NCBI RefSeq assembly: GCF_963921235.1
Contig: NC_086097.1
Location: 66,838,001 to 66,902,000 of the forward strand
Reading direction: 5' to 3'
DNA: 64,000 nt
Source: Mobula hypostoma
Lineage: Eukaryota
This document shows, piece by piece, positions 1 through 60,180 of this stretch. The position numbers and the translations under genes are program-made. Below the pieces are notes generated by a model, which saw only the letters and a program-made list of their open reading frames with translations, was not told the origin of the DNA and did not search any database. How positions within the stretch are numbered: the first letter of the stretch is position 1; each line of letters opens with the position of its first letter.

Positions 1-228
1 CATGATCATCGTAGTCTTTCCTGGGGTAAAGTGTCCCAGGATTTGATTGCTACTTTTTCCCCTTATTTGGGAGTGAGAAAGTTGGCAACCCTAACTTTGA
101 AAGACGTGTTGAGGTGAGTTTAACCCTAATTGAACACCGCGCCACCCCCCCCCCCCCACTCGGCCGGTCCGCAAGAATATTGTCAATATTAAACTGGTCA
201 ACAGTGCAAAAAAGGTTGGGGACCCCTG
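1..228 (-). mobile_element. End of hAT (Charlie-type) DNA transposon/MITE
   Basis: Minus strand starts CAGGGGTCCCCAACCTTTTTTGCAC, a typical hAT-Charlie TIR, next to TTTTAGAG target-like 8-mer; other end not in window. Confidence 0.65.
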
Positions 229-622
229 TTTTAGAGCAGCTTGTGATCAAGTGCCTAAGGAAAAAGCAATTCTGGATTTGGTATTGTGCAATGAACCAGC
301 TTAAGGTAACAGAACTAGTAAATGGCAGTGATCATAATATGATAGAATTCATACTATAGTTTGAGAAGGAGAAGCTAAAATCATACATATCAATATCACA
401 GTTGAGTAAAGGAAACTATAGAGGCATGAGAGAGCATCCAAGAGAAGAAGCAGCATTCTAAAGGATGATGAGGCAACTGTGGCTGAAAATGGAACTGAAA
501 GACAACATAAAGCAAGAGAAGGCATACGATTTTGCAAAAATTAATGGAAAATATGACTGAGATGCTTTAAAAACCAACAGAAGTCAACTAAAAAGGAATA
601 AGGGGAGAAAGGATGAAATATT
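229..622 (+). mobile_element. Decayed CR1 LINE fragment (end of endonuclease region)
   Basis: LEQLV...GSDHNMIEF, similar to CR1 copies at 30300 and 63450. Confidence 0.7.
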
Positions 623-699
623 TTATTTTATTTAGATACAGCACAGTAGCAGGTCCTTCCAGCCCAATGAGCCCGTGTCATCCAATTCACCTACTAACC

Positions 700-1718
700 C
701 AAGAAGACAGCAAATTGCTTGGAGGGAGAGAGAATTTAAAAGAATTGAGCAGGGGTAGTTGACACACTTTGTGCACCATGGTCCCAAGGAAACACTGGAT
801 TACATAGCGGGAGAAAGAGTTTAAAAGAAGCGAGCAGGTCATTCAGCACATTTTGCCAGACGCAGTTCTGAGGAGACATTGGATTGATCTCAAGGGATGG
901 AACATAGTGAGAACCAAGCTGACTCGGGTTGGAGCCGAAACCCGGAGCCTGCTTTTGGGAATTTTCTCTCAGGCAGGAAGGCATGTGGATAGAGATGACA
1001 GGGAGCGACTGAGAAGACGGGAGTAGCGAACAGAAGGTGATAGGAGTTGTATGGAGAAAAGCAAATGGCAAGTTTCTGGGAAACAGAAAAATAAGTGGTT
1101 GATTGAGGACTGTACTGGCTTATTGTCCAATAATGAAGGTAGTAGACAGGATTTAAATAAAAGAAGGAATGAGGAGTTTAAGGTTTTATTGAGTTTTGAA
1201 TGTGGACCTGTTTCTGATATTGATTCAATTAGATTAACTAAGGAGTTGAAAAAAGCATTAGGTATTGTGACTGCAAAACCTTCAAGAGATGGGGCACTCT
1301 TAGTATGTTGTAAATGTAGTAAGCAATGTGAGAAAGCTCTAAGGTTAAAAGCTCTGTGAGGAAGGAAAGTAACACAAAGAAATTATATTGAATGATAGTG
1401 GCTTTGGGGAGTAATCTCCTGAGTGCCACTAGATGTATCCATGAAGCAAGTTAAAAATAATTTAGTTGGGGAAAAAATTGTGGACACTAAATGTTTAAAA
1501 CTCTTTTGTTGTGGAGTTAGAATAGATAACTTATCTGTGTTAATTAAATCTGATGGGGAATAAAGTTGCCAGATGGGGTTAATTTAGATTATATGAGTTA
1601 TGGACGTTGATTCTATGCGCAGCCCCCTCTGAAATGCTTTCAATACCATTAGTTAGCACAAATTTCCCACTGGCTATGAAGCAGTTTAGATGTGGTGATA
1701 CAAAGGGTAAACAATATA
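700..1718 (+). mobile_element. Decayed ORF1 (gag-like) of Nimb/I-clade non-LTR element
   Basis: [56 protein letters not shown] with stops and frameshifts. Confidence 0.55.
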
Positions 1719-4105
1719 AGAAATTGAGTGCAATATTGTTGCTACACCACTCAACAAGCTGATCTATCTCATTCCTGTACACCTCCTCATCACCATCTGA
1801 AATTTGGCCAACAACAGTTGTGTCACTGGCAAAGTTATAGATGGTGTTTAAGCTGTGCCTAACCACACAGTCATGAGTGCAGAGAGAATAGAGCAGTGCG
1901 CTAAGCACACACCCCTGCGGTGCAACAGTGTTGATGATCAATGAGGAGGAGATATTATTTCCAGCCCGCACTGACTGTGGTGTCCTGATGAGGAAGTCAA
2001 GTACCCAGTTGCAGAGGGAGGAACAAAGACCCAGATTCTGAAGCTTGTTGATTAGCACTGAGGGGATGATGGTGAATGCTGATCTGTATTAATAAGCAAC
2101 AGCCTGATATAGGCATGGCTGTTGTCCAGGTAGTCCTAGGCCGAGTGGAGAACCAGTGAGATCGCATCCATTATAAACCTGTTGTGACAGTAGGCAAATC
2201 GCAATGGGTCCATGCCCTTCCTTAGGCAGGAGTTAATCCTAGCCAAGACCAATGTCTCAAAGCTCTTCAACACAGTAGATGTGATGCTACTGAGCAATAG
2301 TCAATGAGGCAGCTCACCCTGCTCTTCTTGGATACCAGTGTAACTGATGCCCTTTTGAAGCAGTGGGAACCTCTAACCAGCACAATGAGAGACTGAAGAT
2401 GTCCTTGAACACTCCAGCAAGTTGGTTGGAATAGATTTTTTATGCCCTGCCAGATACACCATCAGGGCCTGATGCTTTGTGAGGGTTTACCCTCTTGAAA
2501 GATGTTCTGATGCCAGCCTCTGGGATAGATATCACAAGGTCACGAAAGGGGATTTGCACTGGTATAGTTTTATTCTCCCTTTCAAAGTGGGCATAAATGG
2601 TGTTTAGCTCATCAGGGAGTGAAGCATCACAGCCATAGGTGAGATTAGGGTCCACCTTTTAGGAATTAATGGTTTGCAAACCCTGCCATAGCTCATGTCC
2701 ATCCAATTTCATCTCTAATTTCACTTGGAATTGCTATTTTGCTCTTAAGCTAGCCTTCCATAGATCATATCTGTACTTCTTGTAGAGTTCTCCAGTATCA
2801 AACACCACAGATTTAGCCCTCAGCAGACTACGAATCTCACAGTTCATCCAAAGCTTCTGGTTTGGGTATGTATATGTTCTTGAAGGAACACACTTCTCCT
2901 CATGGGTCTTGATAAAGTTTGTGATAAATGTTGCATATTCGTTCAGATCTGAAGACGAATCCTGTCCACCGATACAGAGGCCCTGTAAGCACCTTTCAGC
3001 CTCCTATGACCATACCTTCATGGTCCTCACCACTGGTGCTGTGGTTGTCAGTCTCTGCCTGCGTAGCTGGAGTGGAAGTACAGCCAAGATGTGGAAATGG
3101 GATGGCACCGTAAGCATTCTTGATGGTGGTGTAACAGTGGTCAAGTGTGTTGGCTCCTCTGTGTCCTCAACATAAAAACATAGAAAACCTGCAGCACAAT
3201 ACAGGCCCTTCGGCCCACAAAGCTGTGCCGAACATGTCCCTACCTTAGAACTACCTAGGCTTTACCCATAGCCCTCTATCTTTCTAAGCTCCATGTAGCC
3301 TTCCAGGAGTCTCTTCACCTCCACCGCTGCCACTGGCAGCCCATTCCACACAGTCACCACTCTCTACGTAAAAAACTTACCCCTGATATCTCCTCTGTAC
3401 CTACTTCCTAGCACCTTAAAACTATGCCCGCTCGTGCTAGCCATTTTAGCCCTGGGAAAAAGCCTCTGACTATCCACATGATCAATGCCTCTCATTATCT
3501 TGTACAGGTGACATGTTGGTGCTAGTTGGTCAGAGACTTCTTCAAGCTGGCCTGGTTGAAGTCCCTTGCAATGATCATAAAGGCAGCAAGCTGCACTGTC
3601 TCATGACTGCTGATCACAGTTTTCAGATCCTCTTGTACCAGCATTGCTGGTCGTGGGTGGAATGTATACTGCAACCACGTTGAAACAGAAAACTTCCTTG
3701 GCAGATGGAATGGACAACACTCAACTCCCAGAAGTTTTAAGTCCAGGAAGCAGTACTGAGAAAGAATTGTCTTGTTGCCATGATGAGTTAATCATCAAAC
3801 GAAGGCTGTCTCTGTCTTTAGCTGATGTCATTGTCTCATCCATGCAGTGGAAGGTGAATTCCTTGTGCTGTGTCCAGAGTGCTGGGGCTGAAGCATATCT
3901 CCGTGAAGCAGAGTACACAGCAGTCACTGATTTCTCTCTGGTACTGCAATCTTGCTCTTAGATCTTCAATTTTATTTTCCAGAAACTGGGCATCACTCGA
4001 AGAACAGTAGGGAGTGGGGACTTCAGGGCCTTGTATTTCAGTTTTACCTGCTGCCCAGCCTGGTAGCCTCACTTTCTTAAAGGGAAACTGCACTCACTAC
4101 CTGGG
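1719..4105 (-). mobile_element. Rex1/Babar-type LINE, EN to RT, decayed
   Basis: LENKIEDLRARL..CVLCFTE (EN), [36 protein letters not shown] (RT). Confidence 0.85.
3169..3508 (-). mobile_element. CR1 3' end inserted in the Rex1 element
   Basis: 3' tail aacatagaaaacctgcagcacaatacaggcccttcggcccaca, homologous to 12628 tail. Confidence 0.8.
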
Positions 4106-4109
4106 TGGT

Positions 4110-4372
4110 CCGCACAGGGGATATACAGGAGCCTAAAGATACATACTCGTCATTTTAGGAACAATTCTTTCCCTCTGCTGTCAGATTTCTGAACGGTCCA
4201 TGAACCCATGAGCACTACCTCAGTATTTTCACCCCCTTTTTACACTTTTTATATATTCTTATTGCAATTTATAATAATTTTTATATGCATATTTTTATGT
4301 ATTAATGTGCTGCTGCAGAACAACAAATTACACGACATATGTCAGTGATAATAAACCTGATTTTGATTCTGA
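4110..4372 (+). mobile_element. Rex1-type 3' tail
   Basis: ttccctctgctgtcagatttctgaac...gataataaacctgattttgattctga. Confidence 0.75.
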
Positions 4373-4996
4373 ATACTGTGAATGTTTGGGACAATATACA
4401 TATCAGATGAAAGCATAAGTGTCTTTATCCTGGTTACCAAACCAAGTCTATAATATTGTTGTTTGATTTGCATTTAAGATGTGCAAACACAGGGAATATA
4501 TCAAGAACTGCACCAAACAACATCTTTGTCTAATGTTTAAAGGTAATTATTAGTAAACATCAACGTTACATATTTAATTAGGTCTGATAAAGGATCATTG
4601 ACTTGAATCTTGAACTTGTTTTCTCTCTCCACAGATGTTGCCTGACCAGCAGTTTCTCCCACTGTTCCCACATGAAGTGGGTATTATTGGCCAAAACATC
4701 TTTTAGTGTCCAACTACTCTGACCCTAACTACTCTGAGGAAGGTGCGATGCAAAATCCCCCTGAACTGTTGGAGTCCTTTTGATGAACTTGGGTAGATAA
4801 TTCCAGGATTTAGACCTGGAAATATTAAACAACCAGGGACTCATTTGAAAGTCAGGATAGTATACAATTTGAAAGAGATCTGCAGGCAGCAGGAATTCAG
4901 TCCACTTGCTATATTTGTCTTTTAGGGGGTTGAAATCATGATTTTCAGAGAGGCCTCAATGAAGCCTTAGCTAGTGATTACAGTGAGTTTTCTAAT

Positions 4997-5757
4997 TGTG
5001 ATTGTGGACTTCAGGAAGGGTAAGATGAAGGAACACATACCAAAACTCATAGAGGGATCAGAAGTGGAGAGAGTTAGCAGTTTCAAGTTCCTGGGTGTCA
5101 AGACCTCTGTGGATCTAATCTGGTCCTTACATATCAATGCAGTTATAAAGGTGGCAAGACAGTGGCTATACTTTATTAGGAGTTTAAAGAAATTTGGTAT
5201 GTTAACAGATACACTCAAAAATTTCTATAGATGTACCGTGGAGAGCATTCTGACAGGCTGCATCACCGTCTGGTAAAGGGTGGGGGCTACTGCACAAAAT
5301 CCAAAGAAGCTGCAGAGGGTTGTAAATCTAGTCAGCTCCATCTTGGATACTAGCCTACAAAGTACCCAGGACATCTTCAAGTAGCGGTGTTTCAGAAAGG
5401 TAGTGTCCATTATTAAGGACCTCCAGCACCCAGGGCATGCCCTTTTCTCACTGTTACCAATTAGGTAGGAGGTACAGAAGCCTGAAGGCACACACTCAGC
5501 GATTCAGGAACAGCTTCTTCCCCTCTGCTATCTGATTCCTAAATGGACATTGAACCCTTGGACACTACCTCACTTTTTTTAATATACAGTATTTCTGTTT
5601 TTTGCACGATTTTTGATCTACTCAATGTATGTATCCTGAATTGATTTATTTATTATTATTATTTTTCTTCTATATTATGTATTGCATTGAACTGCTACTG
5701 CTAAGTTAACAAATTTCACATCACATGCTGGTGATAATAAATCTGATTCTGATTCTG
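4997..5757 (+). mobile_element. Rex1/Babar LINE 3' fragment
   Basis: IVDFRK..SFKFLG..FYRCTVESILTGCITVW; (GATTCT)n tail; close match to 48130-48882. Confidence 0.9.
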
Positions 5758-6659
5758 AAATAGTGCACTGTTGATAATGAAAGTGAGACTTATGGATACT
5801 CAGGTATTCAAATGCTGATCAGGAACCACTGCTAAGTGAGTCAACGGTCATGGGCAAAGAGCAGAAAAGTGGTGTTAAGACCAGGATTGGTTCAGCCTTA
5901 ATTGTAATGTAGATTAAAGGAGCTGTATCTGTTTCTTCCACCAGCAGGTTTTGTCCAAAACTACCTAATGAAATATTAGTAATCTTGCACTTCAATGCAG
6001 CATTTGAAGAGAAGCTTGGAGCAGCCCTGCCTACATATTTTTCCCAGATACTCTAACCAGTTACATTTATTCAGTTTTCTCTTTCCTTTCAGACTCCCAA
6101 ATCACTTTAAAGCCAGTTCAGAACTTTGACTGATCCAGTAACTTCACTAACTTGATCCAATTTTTACATTTTCACACTCTACAGAGCATCACATTCGTTT
6201 CCATACTTCAGAGTAGCCAATCATTTGAAAATTCCCTTCACTCTGCAACAACTCTTCTGCTACCATCTCAACTTGCACATGGTATATGCCTCTGGAAATA
6301 AGCTCTAGAAATTTTAGCTTAAAAGGCCTAACACTGGGATCTGAGCTGGATCGAATCAAGACCTAAACAGCATCAAATGCATGCTGCACGTACAAAGAAC
6401 CATGCAAAACCATACACAGTAAATCAATTAAGTTTTCTATTTCTTATTCCAGTTCATTGCTGGATGGGATGCAGCCAAAGGGGTACCCTTCTCAACATTT
6501 AGAAGACTCCAGAAACATGACCAGTCTTTCAATACAGAAGCTTCTGTGTTTGCTAATTGTGTCGTTTTAATTTAATATACACCCATAACAGTGAAGGGCA
6601 GCTTCCAATCTTCACGTCAAAGATTCTACTAATAATCTACTTCACTGATCTAAGTGAGT

Positions 6660-7410
6660 GTCACATTTCAAGCTTGCTGACAGTACAAAACTACATGGGT
6701 TTGCTCATAAGGAAGAGGATATGAAGAGATAATAAGGGACATGCTAAATGCAGAGGAGGGAAATGACAGATACAATATGACAATCAAAGAGAAACGGAGT
6801 ATTTTTTTTAAGTACAAGCCATTGAAAACCAACATGCAGGTTCAGCAAGTAATGAATACAGTTGGCCTTAAGTGCAGAGGACTAAGTAGTTATTTAGGAC
6901 CTTGGTGAGACTGCACATGCAGTACTGTGTATAGTTCTTGCTTTACCAAAATGGGATTGCAGCAAAGATTCATTACATTGGGGCCAGGGATGATGGGTTT
7001 TCTTTATGAAGAAAGACTGCGTTGACTACACCTGTATTCTGCATAGTTTTAAAGAATGAGAGGAAACATTATTGAAGCTAATAAAATTCTTGTGAGGTTT
7101 AACAGGCCAGATGCAAGGAACATGTTTCTCCTGTTTGAGGAGTCAAGAACAGGGGTTATTGCCTCAAAATAAATGATAGACCATTTAAGACTGAGAGGAG
7201 AAGAAATTTCTTGCAGATCTTCAGGAATTTAACTTTGTGTCATCATGGAGCACAGTGACTGAGTTAATATGAACCAGGGATCAATAGATTTCTTAAGATT
7301 AAGGGAGTCAAGGGGATTAAGCAGAAACATGCCATTGATATAGATCAGCTGAGAGGAGTAATGGGCTCAAAGAGCCATATGACTACTCCTGATCTTTTTT
7401 AATGTTCTTT
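6660..7410 (+). mobile_element. Highly decayed CR1 RT/3' end
   Basis: cttggtgagactgcacatgcagtactgtgt; CR1-like 3'UTR gactactcctg. Confidence 0.7.
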
Positions 7411-7663
7411 TAAATACTTAGAAAGCTATTAAGGCAAATGATAATCATGGCAAGAAATAGTCTGCATCATTTTATAATCAGAAACACAGAACCACCAATG
7501 AAAACTTAAAACACTAAAATGTCATCTGGGCACAACAATTAACTACCCAAGGAGCATCAATATAAATTTCAAATCAACATTAAATCCTAGCCGCATCTGT
7601 ATGAGATAACACCTAATTCTGATTAATGCATATACACAGTTCTTCAATGAATGAAAAATTAAT

Positions 7664-7941
7664 AGGCATCCATTAGTCTTGTGAGACCACGGATTTGGTC
7701 TGGGCAAGGTTGTATGGAAGACCGGCAGTTTCCCATGCTGCAAGTCTCCCCTCTCCACACCACCGATGTGTCTAAGGGAAGGGCACTAGGGCCGATACAG
7801 CTTGGCACCAGTGTCGTCGCAAAGCAATAAGTGGTTAAGTGCCTTGCTCAAGGACACAACACGCTGCCTCAGCTGAGGCTCGAACTAGCGACCTTCCGAT
7901 CACTAGACCGACGCCTTAATCACTTGGCCACGCGTCAACAC
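7664..7941 (-). mobile_element. tRNA-derived SINE with CORE-like segment and RTE-related tail
   Basis: A box GTGGCCAAGTGA, B box GTTCGAGCC, tgtgtccttgagcaaggcacttaac; 14-bp TSD AATGAAAAATTAAT at 7650-7663 and 7942-7955. Confidence 0.85.
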
Positions 7942-8472
7942 AATGAAAAATTAATTAGTAACATCAAGTAGGTGAATAAATTAACAACATGATTTTAATG
8001 CCAAAAAGGTAACATGCATTATCACAACTGATTCACCTTTTTGAAGGGTAGATGTTCTGGAGGTACAGTTTGTTTTGTATAAACATCACTTCCTGCACAT
8101 TATATCATTTCCTGTACGGGTAATTTGGATTCAACTTGAAGCACATGGTGAAAAGACATCCATCTCCATCTTCTCTTTATGCTAAGCTATGGGGTTACAA
8201 ATGCTGTGGCAGAGGCTGGACAAAGGCTATGGTTCTCCAGAGGCAATCAAAGAATCTTGATCAGTTGGCTCGATAATTTTCCAAAGCTCTCACACAATGA
8301 ACCACGGAAGCTACTAATGCTTGCATGTCTGTTGTCGGAACTCAAAGCCACAAAAAACGAGGGTTACCTATTGGAAACAACAGGAATTCTGCAGATGCTG
8401 GAAATTCAAGCAACATACATCAAAGTTGCTGGTGAACGCAGCAGGCCAAGCAGCATCTATAGGAAGAGGCGC

Positions 8473-8508
8473 AGTCGACGTTTCAGGCCAAGACCCTTCG
8501 TCAGGACT
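8473..8508 (-). ncRNA. Minimal type I hammerhead ribozyme motif, intact
   Basis: AGTC CTGACGA AGG GTCTTGG CCT GAAA CG TC GACT. Confidence 0.75.
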
Positions 8509-9109
8509 AACTGAAGGAAGAGTGAGTAAGGGATTTGAAAGCTGGAGGGGGAGGGGGAGATGCAAAATGATAGGAGAAGACAGGAGGGGGAGGGATAGAG
8601 CCGAGAGCTGGACAGGTGATAGGCAAAAGGGGATACGAGAGGATCATGGGACAGGAGGTCCGGGAAGAAAGACAAGGAGTGGGGGGTGACCCAGAGGATG
8701 GGCAAGAGGTATATTCAGAGGGACAGAGGGAGAAAAAGGAGAGTGAGAGAAAGAATTCCGTCTGGGTAGCCTCCAACCTGATGGCATGAACATCGACTTC
8801 TCTAACTTCCGCTAAGGCCCCACCTCCCCCTCGTACCCCATCTGTTACTCATTTTTATGCACACATTCTTTCTCTCACTCTTTTTCTCCCTCTGTCCCTC
8901 TGAATATACCTCTTGCCCATCCTCTGGGTTCCCCCCCACTCCTTGTCCTTCTTCCTAGGCCTCCCGTCCCATGATCCTCTCGTATCCCCTTTTGCCTATC
9001 ACCTGTCCAGCTCTCGGCTCTATCCCTCCCCCTCCTGTCTTCTCCTATCATTTTGGATCTCCCCCTCCCCCTCCAGCTTTCAAATCCCTTACTCACTCTT
9101 CCTTCAGTT

Positions 9110-9145
9110 AGTCCTGACGAAGGGTCTCGGCCTGAAACGTCGACT
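9110..9145 (+). ncRNA. Minimal type I hammerhead ribozyme motif, intact
   Basis: AGTC CTGACGA AGG GTCTCGG CCT GAAA CG TC GACT; predicted cleavage after C9141. Confidence 0.78.
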
Positions 9146-10905
9146 GCGCCTCTTCCTATAGATGCTGCTTGGCCTGCATTCACCAGCAACTTTGATGTAT
9201 GTTACCTATTGGGACTGAGTTTCTTGGACAATGCAAGAGGTGTAAACCTTGTAGAAGAGAAACTATACAATAATATGCAAGAAAAGTGGATAACTGAAGG
9301 GTTCACGTATAAAACGAAGCATCGTGTCACCAAATCACCACTTTCATTCTTTGTGGAATTCATCTGCCACCACACAGAAATGCAAAATGATCCAAGTTTC
9401 TATTCTAAATTTACAGCAACACCTCATTCAAAGGAGGTCTCCAGCAGAAGCATGGAAGACCAAAACCCCTTTCACGGTCAACAAAACTGAAGTAGAAAAC
9501 TCTGTGCTGAACCCCAATGGACAATAGCCAGTCCATAAGAAACATCACCCCTTAAGGAAATGTGGAGAATTCAGAGAGAAACCACTTAAAGGCTGCAGGC
9601 GCTTTCTAAAGGAACACTCCAGATGTTTCAAATGTTGTGCTTCAACAGAGCACCAAGCAAAAGGCTGTAAAGCTATCAAACCCTGCACTGATTGCAACAG
9701 TGACCAGCACACATCAGCACTTCATCCAGGGCCAGCACCTTGGACTACTACTGGTTCCAGCACACCCACAGCAGAGCACAACGGGATGCCAGCTGAGTAT
9801 CCATCAGATGTAACTACTTCCTCACACGGAGAGTTTTGCGGAAAAGGCTTCAAAGGTGAATCCTGCTCTAAAATACGCCTGGACAATATCTACCCAAAAG
9901 GATATCCTCAGCAAAAATAAAGGCATAAATGATTTAGATGATCAAAGCAATGTGCCTTTGGCAAAAATCAGCATTCTTTGACACATTTGGTATTCAGAAT
10001 TCTGCTTCACTGTACACCCTGAAGACTTGTTCTGGAATATCCGAAGTTGCTGGATCCAGTGGATTTGTTGTGCAGTCAATAGGAGGGGAGTCCTGCTTAC
10101 CCTTGTCAACCATCATTGAGTGCAACCATACTCCCATCAACAGGCTTGAGATCCCAACTCCTGAAGAAGCACACGGCCATTCACTTCTTAAGGGCATAGC
10201 TGACAAGATTCCCTCACTCGACTCTTCTGCTGAGTAATTTTCCTGTTGATTGACAGACATCATACGTGCACATAAGGTACGTGAACAGTGCAATGGTTGG
10301 CACAATACAGTTTATGTCCAACCAGTGGACCTAGGCCGGATCATAGTGGGTGGTTTGCCTCGATGGTGTTCTTCAGCTCACTGTCAGCACTTTTAAGACT
10401 AATCCTGGAGAACTATAGGTAAGCAAACTAAGCACTCCGAGAAAGATCATTACACGGAGAGATTCTTCAGGAACAATTTAGCTGAGTTACCACCACCGCC
10501 AGATTCCAAAAAGAAAATTGGTTATTTGCCGTATTTCGGTGTTTACCATCCCCAGATACCTACACAAATATGAATCATCTTTGATTTAAGTGTGCAGTTC
10601 AAAGGCTTATCACTGACCAATGTGTTTGTTTAGACAATGAGATGCTGGAATAATGTTCACATTAATGTTGACATCCAATTAGTATCCAATCTAATATATT
10701 AATGATTCAAATTTTTTGTGCAGTAAAGTGGCAAATCATAAAAACACCTTGTGGATCTGTGCAATTTTCATTCAAATTATACAAATACATCTGCACCATG
10801 AAGTAAATAAAATTAAAGCCATTAGTGATAAGTACCAAAAATTTTTCACAAAGGAAGTCTACATAAGACAAAGTAAGTCAACAAGCATATTTTAAACAGT
10901 TCTGT

Positions 10906-10911
10906 TTTATT
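10906..10911 (-). terminator. Probable SEC23A polyadenylation signal (3'UTR about 560 nt)
   Basis: AATAAA on minus strand followed by a GT/T-rich stretch (tgcttgttgacttactttgtcttatgt). Confidence 0.6.
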
Positions 10912-11451
10912 TGAAATATTGTATTTCTAATGCTATGTAACATACATCAGAGCTAATTAAAACTGAAGCCAAAATTTTGTGGAAATTGAGACTTCTGGAT
11001 CAGGACAAATTTGTACTCTATTCTTTGTAAAGTCCAAATGCTTCTTCAAAGTCAAAGCTTTCCAGCAAATTCACAAGCTTAATGATAATGAATTTTATAA
11101 GTGGTTGTACTGTGTTAATTAGAAAAACAGCAAATAAAATACATAAAAATACTGTTGTGGATATTTGTTCCTTCAAGGCAGAAATTAGAAACTCTGGGTC
11201 AGTCCTTTTCATTGTGTGTATAGATGCACAACTTATACACTATGCCTTATACAAGACAGGCAAAAGCAATAATATATCTAAGTCAACAAATTCACAAGAC
11301 CTCCTTTGGTCTATTATCAATTCAATATAAATTTGTTCTGTCAAAAGGCAAGAAGTACAGATGTAAATGCATAATATAATCTGATCTGAACAGGTTGCTA
11401 AATCTCTTTTTGTTCACTGCCTGGCTCGCGTTAATTCACCACCATTTACAC

Positions 11452-58249
<46,798 letters not shown>

Positions 58250-58554
58250 TCATAATGAAAATACAAATAACTTACATTTTGAATATTATCAGAAAACACA
58301 AATCACGCCACACTGTTATTATTTTTCCCTGCAACGTGACCCGAGCTGGTTAAGGCTTGAGTGATCAGGTAAGTGTCTCAAACCGCCTGATACTCATCAA
58401 AGGGTGAATCCTAAAATTGATTATGTAGGCCACAGATCTAAATTCGTTCAGTCATGTAAGTAGCGATACATTTAATACTGTTAAAAGTAATTTTTAGTTT
58501 TTAATCCAAGGCATTAAAACTATACTCCATTCAAAAACTGTATTAGCACTTTGT

Positions 58555-58745
58555 ACGTATGTAGTGGTGGAAGCAGAAATGATAATGGTGTTTCAGAGAC
58601 ATTTAGACGGACACATGAATATACAGGGAATGGGAGGATAAGAATCACGTGCAGGCTGGTGGGACTTTTAATTGGCATCATGATCAAAACAGACATCATG
58701 TGCCGAAGTGCCTGTTTCTGTGCTTTTCTATATTCGATGTTCTAA
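58555..58745 (+). mobile_element. CR1 3' tail remnant
   Basis: ggcatcatgatcaaaacagacatcatgtgccgaagtgcctgtttctgtgc..ttcgatgttcta. Confidence 0.65.
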
Positions 58746-60180
58746 GTAAGCTTTACATGAACTATAAGCAATAAAAACAAGTAGCAATATGAAACAAATT
58801 CCTCACTTTCCTCGTGGAGTGACCTTTATAATCACTTAATATATAATGTGCCAAATTACCGTGGGACTTTCCTAATACTAGGTAAATAGAGAAATCTAAT
58901 CACTCTAAACAGATTGAAATTATAGTTCTTCTGCCAACACATGGAACATTATCATATATTGAAATATGTATTCCACCTAAATATGATTGATAGCCTTTAT
59001 CATTTTAAATTCAGTGACAACTTAAATTACTCAAAATATAGGAAGTAGAATTGGTTTGCCTCATAGTAATGAGGCAATTATTGTGAGGGCAATAGAATCG
59101 GTAAGCAGGAAAAGACGGACCACTCCTAGAACTGTTCTGTAGAATAGACCACCTGCTAAATTTCTAACATATCAAACATGAAAACTGTGCTGGACCTACC
59201 AGAAATTGCATACCAAGCTCTCACAAAGATTAATAATTTTCAAATTTATTTTTTTTCTGTTAGTAAGTTGAGAGAACAATGGCACTCAGAATAATAGACA
59301 TTTGCCATCCTTTAGACTGTTTAGCATTTTAATGACAGCAACATGCAGATGGATCCCGGTTTAGCTAGCACAACAGGAGCCATGTACCCATGTCACCCTG
59401 AATACTGCATGGTATTATCTTTGGCACCTCATTAAACAGAATTTCTAAACTGGTTAAGTATCTTTCAGTGAACTTTGATATCTATGATAGCACAGATTTA
59501 GATTATGCAATTAAGTTTTGTTTCTTCAGCTGATAAAATATGACATTCATTAATATGTTGTAAGAAATATCACCACCTCTACACACTATATTCTTTTTGA
59601 CCAGTTCCTCAAGGACGAAGATAGCTACTTCCACTCTAGTTTTCTGGGATCTGAAGTGACTAGTGAGGGCAATGTGGGTTATTTTATAAAGAACTGCCTC
59701 CACTCTAAAAATCCTATGTAACTAAATGGAGTAATCTGAAATATTATACTCAGGTTACTTCGCAAGAGTTGTTTACTTGGCATATATCCCATAACACGTA
59801 CTGCAAAGTTATCACCTCAAGCCGAAGTACATCTTACAGGGAGCACAGCTTCTGAACTTATGTACTGTGCACTTAAGACAAGTGAAGAAATATAAACACT
59901 CTCTTCAAGAGAACAAAATCATCAAAACAATGATCATCTAACATCAACTTTGCTGAATTGGTCATGTTATTCAGATGCTGAACTTCAGACTGTTGAAGCA
60001 AGCTGCTTCTCCAAGCTCAGGTCTGACATACCTTAAAGTGATGCTGTTGCATAAAACGACCCCTGAGAACAGCAAAAGAAAAACCCACCAGCACCATTCT
60101 GTGGATCATTCATAACTGACAGATTAGTTGCTGGTTGAATCGGGAGTGAGGTGGCATCTCACAGGTGCATGAGTGAGATT

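Larger units (their letters stand above)
8375..9200. mobile_element. Penelope-like element, inverted (fold-back) terminal-repeat insertion
   Basis: About 340-bp inverted arms; 12-bp TSD GTTACCTATTGG at 8363-8374 and 9201-9212; includes GIY-YIG C-terminus RLGSLQPDGMNIDFSNF. Confidence 0.9.
8140..10630 (+). mobile_element. Decayed BEL/Pao LTR-retrotransposon internal region (gag, protease, start of RT)
   Basis: LSFLDNARGVNLVEEKL..MQEKWI, Cys/His knuckle remnant near 9630, LDDQSN protease-like motif, TIIECN..EIPTP, YLPYFGVYHPQ..FD. Confidence 0.75.

Noticed and set aside
8179..9490. Cluster of overlapping ORFs with repeated peptides (ILQMLEIQAT.., SPDEGS.PETST..)
   Set aside because: Translations of the non-coding Penelope terminal repeat; the same peptides recur at every copy on both strands.
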